Source: an uncultured Acidobacteriota bacterium
GTDB taxonomy: Bacteria > Acidobacteriota > Thermoanaerobaculia > Multivoradales > SZUA-115
DNA: 64,000 nt
Reading direction: 5' to 3'
Assembly: GCA_963805975.1 (NCBI GenBank)
Contig: CAWDVR010000005.1
Span: 384,001 to 448,000, forward strand
Shown here: one piece after another, positions 31,988 through 40,264 of the stretch
Position numbering within the stretch: position 1 is the stretch's first letter
How the letters are laid out: each line of letters starts with the position of its first letter
Translations under genes and position numbers: made by a program
Notes under the pieces: generated by a model
Database searches by the model: none
Told to the model about the DNA's origin: nothing
What the model saw: the letters and a program-made list of their open reading frames with translations, nothing else

Positions 31988-33262
31988 CTATGCCGTCTCC
32001 TCCTCCGAGCGGCCCTGGCCCATGCGGTCGGCCTCGGTCTTGCGCCAGAACTGGATCAGCCCCCAGAAGTGCTCGGTGAACTCCTCGATCTCGTGCGCCG
32101 GGAAGAGGGCCGCCACCTTGCTGCGCACCGCCTCCTTGGCCGTGCCGCTGCCGAAGAAGTCCCAGGCCACCTCGTCCAGGTGCGCGAGATGACGGTTGCA
32201 GAACTCGTGGAAGCGCTCGGTGTCCAGCCGCTGGTCGGCGATCCGGGCGTAGGCGGCGAGCTTCTCGCGGAACGAGAGATCGTCCTGGTCGGCGATCTCG
32301 TAGTACGGGTCCCAGTCGAGGTTCTTCCTCATCTTGCGGTCGGTCAGAGCGCAGAACAGGCTCCAGCGCACCTGCGCCTTCACCAGCCAGGGGAAGTGGA
32401 AGTGGAGCGAGGTCACCTGCGAGTCCGGGCAGGCGTTGGCGAAGTCGATGGGGTAGAGCACCCCGCCCTCGCGCAGCGACTCGCAGGAGTTGAAGTCCCA
32501 GCCGAAGAAGGTGTTGATGGTGAGCGTCTGGTCCCGCAGGTAGGAGGCCTCCTCGCCGGTCAGGAAGTTGAAGGCCACCTCGTAGCGCGCGTGGAGCGGC
32601 GCCGACGGGTTGTAGCGGATGCAGCGCACCTGTGGCCCGATGCCGATGCCGCGCACGAAGAGGTCGAAGTTGGCCACCGCCTTCTGCAGGTGCATGATGT
32701 TCTTGCCGCTGCCCTCGTACCCGTCGCGCAGCGCCTGGGCGTCGTCGATCCGCTGCACGCCCTTCCAGGCGCCGCCGTCGAAGGGCTTCATGAAGCTCGG
32801 GTAGCCGACCTCCTCGCCGATCGACGACAGGCTGAAGAGGCGGGCGTAGCGGTCGAGGGTGATCTGCAGGTCGTCCGAGGGCTCGTACTCCTTGGGCGGC
32901 AGCATCCAGGTCTCGGGGATCGGGAAGCCCAGCCGCATCATGGCGCAGTAGGTGGTGTGCTTCTCCATGGACTGGATGGCCCAGGGGTTGTTGAGCACGT
33001 AGAGGTCGTTCATCAGCACGGCCTTTTTGATCCACTCGCGGCTGGTGTGGTACCAGTGGGTGAGGCGGTCGAGCACCAGGTCGTACTTCACCGGCTGGCG
33101 CAGGTCGAAGGGCTCGATGGTCACCCGTTCGACCTCGACCCCGACGCTGTGGCCGCCGATCGGCACCGACAGGTTGAGCTGCTTGACGATCTCCTCGTAG
33201 CACAGCGGCCAGCAGAGGTCCGCGCCGAGGGAGAGGCCGATCTTCTTGGTGAGGGTGGCCAT
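31988..33262 (-). CDS. RimK/glutathione-synthetase-like ATP-grasp protein
   Basis: LVLDRLTHW, VLNNPW, YPSFMKPFDGGAWKGV, HLQKAV, FNSCE, IDFANACPD; RBS AAGG; last gene of the S51-esterase operon. Confidence 0.85.
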   Translation of the reverse strand: MATLTKKIGLSLGADLCWPLCYEEIVKQLNLSVPIGGHSVGVEVERVTIEPFDLRQPVKYDLVLDRLTHWYHTSREWIKKAVLMNDLYVLNNPWAIQSMEKHTTYCAMMRLGFPIPETWMLPPKEYEPSDDLQITLDRYARLFSLSSIGEEVGYPSFMKPFDGGAWKGVQRIDDAQALRDGYEGSGKNIMHLQKAVANFDLFVRGIGIGPQVRCIRYNPSAPLHARYEVAFNFLTGEEASYLRDQTLTINTFFGWDFNSCESLREGGVLYPIDFANACPDSQVTSLHFHFPWLVKAQVRWSLFCALTDRKMRKNLDWDPYYEIADQDDLSFREKLAAYARIADQRLDTERFHEFCNRHLAHLDEVAWDFFGSGTAKEAVRSKVAALFPAHEIEEFTEHFWGLIQFWRKTEADRMGQGRSEEETA

Positions 33263-33291
33263 GTTTTACCTTTCGTAAGTGTCGTCGGAGG

Positions 33292-33380
33292 CCCCTCACC
33301 TAAGCCCTCTCCCGCTGACGCGGGGCGAGGGGACCGGAGCGAGGTCCGGTCCCGCTGCGGGAGAGGGCAGGGGTGAGGGT
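33292..33380. repeat. REP-like palindromic element (CCCCTCACC...CCCTCTCCC...GGGAGAGGG...GGGTGAGGG type)
   Basis: CCCTCACC-TAAGCCCTCTCCCGC pairs with GCGGGAGAGGGCAGG-GGTGAGGG; internal GGGACCGGA/TCCGGTCCC hairpin. Confidence 0.75.
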
Positions 33381-33383
33381 TCC

Positions 33384-34519
33384 TTACTCATACACCATCC
33401 ACAGCGGCCCCGGAAACAGCCAGGACAGGCCCTCGCGCAGCGGTCGCGCCAGTTCTCCCAGTTGTGGCCGTCGCGGGCCTCGACGTAGCGCACCTCCATG
33501 CCGGTGGCCTGGAGCAGCGGGACGAGCGAGCGGTTCTCGTAGATCAGCGACTCGTAGGTGCCGCAGGAGACGAAGACCTTCTCCGTGGGCCGCCCCGGGT
33601 TGCCGCGGAACTGGTTGACGAACTTGACCACCGGGTCGAAGGCCGGGCCCCGCTTGTGGTTGCCGATGTCGGTGAAGGCGAAAGAGCCCGATTGCAGCAG
33701 CAGCCGGCCGAAGGCGCCCGGGTAGCGCCAGGCGGCGGCCAGCGACGCCACGGCGCCGAAGCTCGCCCCGGCGAGGCCGCGGGCGGAAGGCGAGGGCTCG
33801 AGCGGGAGGGTCCGGTCGAGCTCGGGCAGCAGCTCCTCGGCCACGAAGCGGGCGTGGCGGGGGTCGTCCGCGTACTCGGTGAGCCGCCCGCGCGAGGAGA
33901 CGAGCGCCACGATCATCGGCGCCACCTCCATCCGGTGGATCAGGTTGTCGAGCACGGTCTGGAGCGAGGCGTAGCGCAGATAGTCGTCGCCGTCGTGCAG
34001 GATCAGCAGCGGGTAGCGCCGGGTGGTGCGGAAACGGGCCGGCAGGTAGAGGCGGTAGCCGTGGTTGCGCTTGAAGGCCTCGCTCCGGACCTCGCGCTCG
34101 TCGATCGTCCCCGGCCGCGCCTCCGGGTCGAAGAGCGTCCATTCGGGCTGCTCGTGCCCCAGGGAATGGACCACGGAGTTGGCGCCGAACGGGTCGCGCG
34201 CGGTGTGCGGGTTCAGCGGGTCGCGCACCCAGTGGTGCTCCTTGCCGCTCACCACGTTGAGCTTGTACTCCACCCGCGAGTTGGCGGGGATCTCCATCAC
34301 CAGGTACCAGAGGTCGCTGCCGTCGATGCGCTTGAAGGGCCGCGAGGTGGGCAGCCCGTAGATGAAGTGCTGGAGCAGCACGGCGTCCGCCTTGCCGCGG
34401 TAGACGAAGGTGATGCTCGGACCCTCGACCAGCGGGAAGGCGTGCTTGGCCAGGAACTCGTCGATCGCCTTGGCGGCGAGCCGCTTCTTGCCTTGCAGCT
34501 CGTGGATCGCGAGGCTCAT
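33384..34519 (-). CDS. Esterase (enterochelin-esterase-like alpha/beta hydrolase) with N-terminal CBM48/E-set-like domain; 1-nt frameshift near 33441
   Basis: ITFVYRG...LWYLVMEIP...RVEYKL...WVRDPLNP...GANSVV N-domain; LYLPARF, LHDGDDY, GASFG nucleophile elbow, DGHNWENWRD; C-terminal LREGLSWLF lies in the adjacent frame. Confidence 0.85.
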
Positions 34520-35466
34520 AGCGCGGCGGCCTTCCGGAGCGCACCCTCGACGGTCAGCACCTGGGTGCCGGCGCTCGGGCGCCAGCCGCCGGCCTCGCGG
34601 CGCGAGACACGGGCCAGGGGGTCGAGGGCCACACAGGCCGCGGGGGCGAAGCGGCGGGCGAAGAGCGAGACGCGGAGCGCGTCCTCGAGGTCCAGCCGCT
34701 TGCCGGCGTGAGGCAGGGGCAGCACCTCGGTGAAGAGGCCGAGGCCCGCTTCCAGCAGCTCGGCGTTGCCGACGCCCTGTGGCGGATCGTCGTGGAAGAG
34801 GACGACCCGGTCCCCGAGCACCATGGCGCCGGCCGACCAGGCGATGATCGGCCGCATGCCGGCGAGCTCCAGCACGCCGAAGAGCCGCAGGCGGTTGAGC
34901 AGCACGGCCACGTGACCGCCGGCGATGGCGAGCGCCGTCGAGTCGGCGAGCAGGCGGCCGAGCTCGTGCCGGTGGCGCAGCAGTGCCGGGCGCTCGAGCG
35001 GCCGGGCGTCGGCCTCGAAGCGCGCGTGGACCTCGCGGATCCGCGCCAGGTGGTGCACGTCGAGGGTGCGCACCGCTTCGATCGCCGCCTCGACCTCCGG
35101 CTCCGCCAAGTCCAGGCGAGCGGAGAACGAGCGCTCGGCGCGGGCCATCACCTCGCGCGCCGCGGCCAGCGCGTGGGCCAGACGCAGGCGGTAGAAGGCT
35201 TGCAGCTCGCGCAGCCGCTCCTGGCGCTCGCGGTACTTCTCGGCCAGCTTGGGATCGGCGGCGAAGAGCTTCTCGCCGCGCTCGTGCAGCATCAGGTTGA
35301 CGACCGGGCGGTTGAGGTGCGCCCGCATCTCCTCGACCTCGGCCTCGCGCTCCTGCCAGCCGGCGGTGACCGCCGCGATCGGGCCGTCGAGCCCCATCTC
35401 GTCGCACACCGAGACCAGTGTGGGCTGCAGGCGCTGCGGCCCCAGAAGCACGATCGACCTCGCCAT
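34516..35466 (-). CDS. Peptidase S51/cyanophycinase-like (class I glutamine amidotransferase-like fold) protein
   Basis: VTAGWQERE, IAGGHV, AWSAGAMV (Ser nucleophile as in cyanophycinase/PepE), GLGL...LPH; 4-nt overlap with the esterase gene. Confidence 0.75.
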   Translation of the reverse strand: MARSIVLLGPQRLQPTLVSVCDEMGLDGPIAAVTAGWQEREAEVEEMRAHLNRPVVNLMLHERGEKLFAADPKLAEKYRERQERLRELQAFYRLRLAHALAAAREVMARAERSFSARLDLAEPEVEAAIEAVRTLDVHHLARIREVHARFEADARPLERPALLRHRHELGRLLADSTALAIAGGHVAVLLNRLRLFGVLELAGMRPIIAWSAGAMVLGDRVVLFHDDPPQGVGNAELLEAGLGLFTEVLPLPHAGKRLDLEDALRVSLFARRFAPAACVALDPLARVSRREAGGWRPSAGTQVLTVEGALRKAAAL

Positions 35467-35509
35467 AGGCGGTGTATTATCCCCGCGATCCCGGCTTTGG
35501 AGAACCCGC

Positions 35510-36730
35510 ATGCATGTCGTCTTCGTCGAGCCCGCCTTCCCCTTCAACCAGCGCAAGTTCGTGCGCGGCCTGGCCGAGGTCGGAGCCAAGGTCACCGCGA
35601 TCGGGGAGGTGCCGGCCTCGGCCCTGCCTGCCGACCTCAAGCGAATGCTGCACGACTACGAGGAGGTCTCCTCGGTGGTGCACGAGGAGTCGCTGCTCGA
35701 GGCGGTGAGGAAGGTGCAGCGCCGTGGCTGGGTGGACCGGCTGGAGGCGACGATCGAGGCGCACGTGATGGCCGCCGCCCGCGTGCGCGAGGCCTGCGGC
35801 ATCCCCGGCACCTCGGTCGAGACCACCTATCTCTGCCGTGACAAGCCGGCGATGAAGGAGTTCCTGCGCCAGGCCGGCATCCCGTGCGCGCAGTCGGCGG
35901 CGGCCTCCTCGGCCGCCGAGGTGCGAGAGTTCGCCGCCCGCGTGGGCTTTCCCATCATCTTGAAGCCGAGGAGCGGCGCCGGGGCCTCCGGCACCGTCCG
36001 CGCCGACGACGAGCGGGAGCTCGAGGCGGCGATCGCCAGCCAGGGTTTCGAGCACGGCGCCTCGGTCGCGGTCGAGGAGTTCATCGACGGTCACGAGGGC
36101 TTCTACGACACCATCTCGATCGGCGGCGAGGTGGGGCACGAGTTCATCACCCACTACTACCCGCGCGTGCTCACCGCCATGCGCGAGCGCTCGCCGGCGC
36201 CGATGTTCATCGCCACCAACCGCGTGGACTCCGACGGCTACGACGAGGTCAAGCGCCTGGGGACGAAGGTGATCGAGGCGATGTCGATCGGCACCGCGGC
36301 CACCCACATGGAATGGTTCTTCGGCACCAAGGGCCTGAAGTTCTCCGAGATCGGCTGCCGACCGCCGGGGGTGGGCGCCTGGGACCTCTACACGGCCGCC
36401 AACGAGATGGACGTCTACCGGGAGTGGGCGGCGGCGATCGTCCACGGCCGCACCATGCAGCAGCCCAGCCGGCGCTACTCGGCCGGCATCGTCAACCTGC
36501 GGCCGGACCGCGACGGGCGGATCGTCCGCTACGAGGGCGTCGAGGAGATGGAGCGCGAGCTGGCGGAGTGGATCATCGACTACCACTTCCCGCCGGTGGG
36601 CTCGCGCACGCAGCCGGTCGAGGCCGGCTACATGGCCAACGCCTGGGTGCGCCTGCGCTACCCGGACTTCGACGAGCTCAAGCGCCTGCTCGAGCTGGTG
36701 GGGGAGCGGGTCAAGGTGCACGCGGCGTGA
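35510..36730 (+). CDS. ATP-grasp domain protein (paralog C)
   Basis: CRDKPAMKE, PIILKPRSGAGA, VEEFIDGHE, THMEWF, FSEIGCRPPG; RBS GGAG. Confidence 0.9.
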   Translation: MHVVFVEPAFPFNQRKFVRGLAEVGAKVTAIGEVPASALPADLKRMLHDYEEVSSVVHEESLLEAVRKVQRRGWVDRLEATIEAHVMAAARVREACGIPGTSVETTYLCRDKPAMKEFLRQAGIPCAQSAAASSAAEVREFAARVGFPIILKPRSGAGASGTVRADDERELEAAIASQGFEHGASVAVEEFIDGHEGFYDTISIGGEVGHEFITHYYPRVLTAMRERSPAPMFIATNRVDSDGYDEVKRLGTKVIEAMSIGTAATHMEWFFGTKGLKFSEIGCRPPGVGAWDLYTAANEMDVYREWAAAIVHGRTMQQPSRRYSAGIVNLRPDRDGRIVRYEGVEEMERELAEWIIDYHFPPVGSRTQPVEAGYMANAWVRLRYPDFDELKRLLELVGERVKVHAA

Positions 36731-38175
36731 CCTACCTGGCCGTCCACGGCCACTTCTACCAGCCCCCCCGCGACGACCCTGCGAGCGGCGAGATCCCGCC
36801 GGAGCACGGCGCCGAGCCGTTCGCGAACTTCAACGAGAAGATCACCGCCGAGTGCTATCGGCCGAACGCCGAGGCCGGCAACTACGGTCTGCTGTCGTTC
36901 GACTTCGGGCCGACGCTGCTCTCCTGGATGGCGGCAGCGGCGCCCGACGTGCACCGCAAGCTGGTGGCCGCGGACAAGGCGGCGGCCCGGCGCTGCGGCG
37001 CCGGCGGCGCGCTGGCGCAGAGCTACCACCACACCATCCTGCCGCTCGCCACGCGGGCCGAGAAAGAGCTCGAGATCGCCTGGGGGATCGCCGACTTCGA
37101 GCGCCGCTTCGGCCGCCGGCCGCGCGGCCTGTGGCTGCCGGAGACGGCGGCCGACCGCGAGACGCTGGCCGTGGCCGCCGCGCAGGGCATCGACTTCACG
37201 GTGCTGGCCCCCTGGCAGGCCCGTACGCAGACCCTGGACCCCACGCGGCCCTACTGGGTGGAGCTTCCCGAGGGCCGGCGCCTCGCCGTCTTCTTCTTCG
37301 TGCGCAGCCTCTCGGCCCGCGTCTCCTTCGACCCCAGCGCCACCCTCGACGCGGACCGTTTCGCCCAGGAGCACCTCAAGCCGCTCCAGCCCCGGCTCGA
37401 GCCGCGGAGCGACGAGCGGCTGCTGCTCATCGCCACCGACGGCGAGCTCTACGGCCACCACCAGCCGGGCCGCCACCTCTTCCTGCGCCGGCTGCTGAAG
37501 AGCTCCGCGCGCCGCGCCGGCTTCGAGGTCACGAACCTCGCCCGTTTCCTCGACGCGCACCCGCCGGAGGATGCGATCGACATCGTCGAGCCCAGCTCCT
37601 GGAGCTGCCACCACGGGGTCGCGCGCTGGAAGGAGCTCTGCCACTGCACGCCCCACGCGCACTGGAAGGCGCCGCTCCGTCATGTGCTCAATGCCTTGGC
37701 CGGGGATCTCGACCGCGCCTACGAGGAGGCCGCGGCCGAGCTGGTGGAAGACCCGCGCGGGCTCCTCCTGGCCTCGATCGACCTGGCGCTCGGCCGCCGG
37801 TCGCTCGCCAGGCTCACGGCCGCGAGCGCCCGCCGCCCGCTGAAGCGCGCCGAGGTCGCACGGCTGGGCGATCTGCTCGAGGCCCAGCGCCTGCGACACC
37901 GCATGTTCTCCTCCTGCGGCTGGTTCTGGGACGAGCTCGACCGCATCGAGCCCAAGAACTGCCTCAAGGCCGCCGCCGCCGCCGTCTTCCGGACCACCCG
38001 GGCGACCGGCGAAGATCCCTCCCCCTGGCTCCTCGACCAGCTCTCGGTGATCAAGAGCTCCCGCACCGGCCTGACGGCGGACCAGGTGGTGCGGGAGGAG
38101 ATCGCGAAGCTGGCACGCTCTCACCGCGGCTTGTCGAACGCCGGGAGCTCTGGAGACTCCGGAGGCTTGGGGTAG
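36727..38175 (+). CDS. Glycoside hydrolase family 57 / DUF3536 protein
   Basis: HGHFYQPPR, SFDFGPTLLSW, QSYHHTILPL, GLWLPETA (nucleophile Glu), IATDGELYGHH (acid/base Asp), SWSCHHGVARW, MFSSCGWFWDE; GTGA overlap with ATP-grasp C. Confidence 0.88.
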   Translation: MTYLAVHGHFYQPPRDDPASGEIPPEHGAEPFANFNEKITAECYRPNAEAGNYGLLSFDFGPTLLSWMAAAAPDVHRKLVAADKAAARRCGAGGALAQSYHHTILPLATRAEKELEIAWGIADFERRFGRRPRGLWLPETAADRETLAVAAAQGIDFTVLAPWQARTQTLDPTRPYWVELPEGRRLAVFFFVRSLSARVSFDPSATLDADRFAQEHLKPLQPRLEPRSDERLLLIATDGELYGHHQPGRHLFLRRLLKSSARRAGFEVTNLARFLDAHPPEDAIDIVEPSSWSCHHGVARWKELCHCTPHAHWKAPLRHVLNALAGDLDRAYEEAAAELVEDPRGLLLASIDLALGRRSLARLTAASARRPLKRAEVARLGDLLEAQRLRHRMFSSCGWFWDELDRIEPKNCLKAAAAAVFRTTRATGEDPSPWLLDQLSVIKSSRTGLTADQVVREEIAKLARSHRGLSNAGSSGDSGGLG

Positions 38176-39143
38176 AGCACCGACTGCAAGCTCTTCTCTT
38201 CCGGCTCTCCGTACAGGGTCGGACAGAGGAACGAGCCGCGCTCCGCCTCGGGTTTGTCCTGCTCCGGCGACATCGCGTTGGCGTTCGCCCAGGGGTCCTG
38301 GCGGATACCGGTCACCTGCCAGGAGACCTTGAGGCCGGGGCTGCCGCCGGAGATGCGGAAGCGGTTGTCCTCGATCTCCTCTGCCACGAAGACCGGCGCG
38401 TGACCGCCGAGGCAGGTGAGCTGGTAGCGGAAGTCGCGGTTGAGGGCGCCGAACCACTCGGGAAGCTCCACCACTGCCCCGCCCTTCCCGTCGAGCACTG
38501 CGATGCCGTCATAGACGGTCTTCCGGTCGGGGGACTCGACGGACGAGTGATGCAAGTACTTGTTCGCCGGGTCGAGGGGATGGTCGATGAGGAAGCCACC
38601 GCCAAAATGTACGATAGCGCCGTTAACCCTGACCTTGCCTTGGAAGTCGGCGGCGAAATCCTGCGTGGCAAGGTAGGCGGCTATCCCCTTGGTAACCGTG
38701 TTGACGGCGTAGACGCCGATATTTTCGCCATAGCCTCTGACGCCGTACCCTGGCCACTCGCCGCCGAAGCCATGGCCTACGCCCACGACGCCCGTCTGGG
38801 CGTCGCCGTGGACGCCGGTTCTTACGGCGATCCCCTTGACTCCCAAGTGCCCCCCTACTCCTTGGACGCCCACTCCGTACCTGCCGTCTGAAGGCTCTCC
38901 GTAGACCCCTGCCAAGAAGCCACGCCCGCGCACCCCAACGCCTTCCTCGCGGTCGTTGACGCCCACGACACCGCTAGCTCGGAGTGGGCCGGATAAAGGC
39001 ATGTTGCTCTCGCCGTACACTCCGGCCCGGCCGCCGCTGATGCCTACGGCGCCGTAGCTCGCCTTCGAGTCCCCCAGGGCGCCATAGGTGCCCGGGGCTG
39101 GCACCGGGATACCGCTGAATCCGTCATCTCCTTGGATCGACAT
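38121..39143 (-). CDS. Gly-rich GVxG-repeat protein with conserved C-terminal chaperone-like domain
   Basis: More than ten G(V/A)xG repeats, then FLIDHPLDPANKYLHHSSVESP...VELPEWFGALNRDFRYQLT...VSWQVTGIRQDPWA; RBS AAGGGGG; repeat region has lower GC. Confidence 0.75.
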   Translation of the reverse strand: MSIQGDDGFSGIPVPAPGTYGALGDSKASYGAVGISGGRAGVYGESNMPLSGPLRASGVVGVNDREEGVGVRGRGFLAGVYGEPSDGRYGVGVQGVGGHLGVKGIAVRTGVHGDAQTGVVGVGHGFGGEWPGYGVRGYGENIGVYAVNTVTKGIAAYLATQDFAADFQGKVRVNGAIVHFGGGFLIDHPLDPANKYLHHSSVESPDRKTVYDGIAVLDGKGGAVVELPEWFGALNRDFRYQLTCLGGHAPVFVAEEIEDNRFRISGGSPGLKVSWQVTGIRQDPWANANAMSPEQDKPEAERGSFLCPTLYGEPEEKSLQSVLYPKPPESPELPAFDKPR

Positions 39144-39488
39144 GGTTTTTTCCCCCTTCTGAACGAACGTCGTGAGTTTGACCGGGCCCCTAGCGAGGGG
39201 ACCAGCGCTTCCGTGTCGAGGAGGAGCTGTCGTTGGAGGTCCGGCTATCTCACCCGAACTCCGGGCCGGGGCCGAGGTCGTTGAGGGATCGGGAAAGGCG
39301 GGCCAGGTGATGCGGGAGGAGCGGGAGAGGGCGTGACCGACTTCGCGACCGTTCCGGCGGGTATGGAACTCTTTGGAGTCAGCGCGGAAGCCCATCTCGC
39401 CTGAGGAGAGGTAGAAACCAAAGCACTCACGGCCGGGCCGCCGCCGCCAAGAGCGCGGCGGCGGCCCGGCCAACTTGTGTGCAGGGCG

Positions 39489-40097
39489 CTACGGGGAGCG
39501 GTCGATGCGGCTGCGCGGCACGTCCGGCGTGACGAAACAGTTGCCGTCGCTCGAGAAAGCCAGCCAGGAACCGGCAAGGAACACGTTGACGCCGTTCAGG
39601 TAGGTGCACTCGATGTAGGCGTCGATCACCTTGGGCGTCCAGATCGGGTTCCCGCCGTAGTTGTAGATCCGCCCGGGGACTCCCCACACGTCCATCGGGC
39701 CCGGCGAGGTGGTCACGGCGGTGTTGGGATTAGCATCCCAGGCCTTGCCCTTGAGCTGCCAGTGGTCGGAGTCGATGCAGCAGTCCGCGATGTAGAAGTC
39801 GAGCCACGAGGCACCGTTGCACTGCACGCGGAAGCCCTGGACCTCGGCCGGACCCGCCGCCTCGCAGATCCACTGCTCTTTCCAGGCAGCCGCCGGGTCG
39901 AGGGGTGGGAAGGGGATGGTGATGAGGTTCGGCCCATACGCCGCCTTCTCACCGAGGCCTGGCGCCAGCCCCTTGGGGTGAGCGTCCTTGACGTAGTTGC
40001 GTGACTCGAGCGGGTTCGGGGGCTGGGACAGGACGGGCGTCGCCGTCAAGGCTACGAGCGCGAGCAGGGCGAGGCAGGCGAACACAAAGCGCTGCAT
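39489..40097 (-). CDS. Secreted protein of unknown function with six Cys in the mature part
   Basis: RBS AAGGAG; signal peptide MQRFVFACLALLALVALTATPVLS; typical codon usage. Confidence 0.8.
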   Translation of the reverse strand: MQRFVFACLALLALVALTATPVLSQPPNPLESRNYVKDAHPKGLAPGLGEKAAYGPNLITIPFPPLDPAAAWKEQWICEAAGPAEVQGFRVQCNGASWLDFYIADCCIDSDHWQLKGKAWDANPNTAVTTSPGPMDVWGVPGRIYNYGGNPIWTPKVIDAYIECTYLNGVNVFLAGSWLAFSSDGNCFVTPDVPRSRIDRSP

Positions 40098-40264
40098 GGT
40101 GGCTCCTTTCCCTCGATTCGAGGGCGTTGGTTGCGGAGAAGGTCCACCAGACGAGGTGCCCATCAACAATGAAGCGTAGACATTTGGAGAGTGGTAATAG
40201 CTACTTCGCAACAGTATTGGATTATCATTGAGCTGCATATGCCCTTCCCTGTGCCGGTCGCCTG

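Noticed and set aside
28899-33299. 1466-aa ORF as one giant protein
   Set aside because: Its first 510 codons are an off-frame shadow of the RimK-like gene and repeats; the real gene starts at 31769 with a signal peptide.
33296-33445. Cys-rich C-terminal extension of the esterase (CARACPGC...)
   Set aside because: Artefact of a one-base deletion near 33441; the natural ending LREGLSWLFPGPLWMVYE is in the neighbouring frame.
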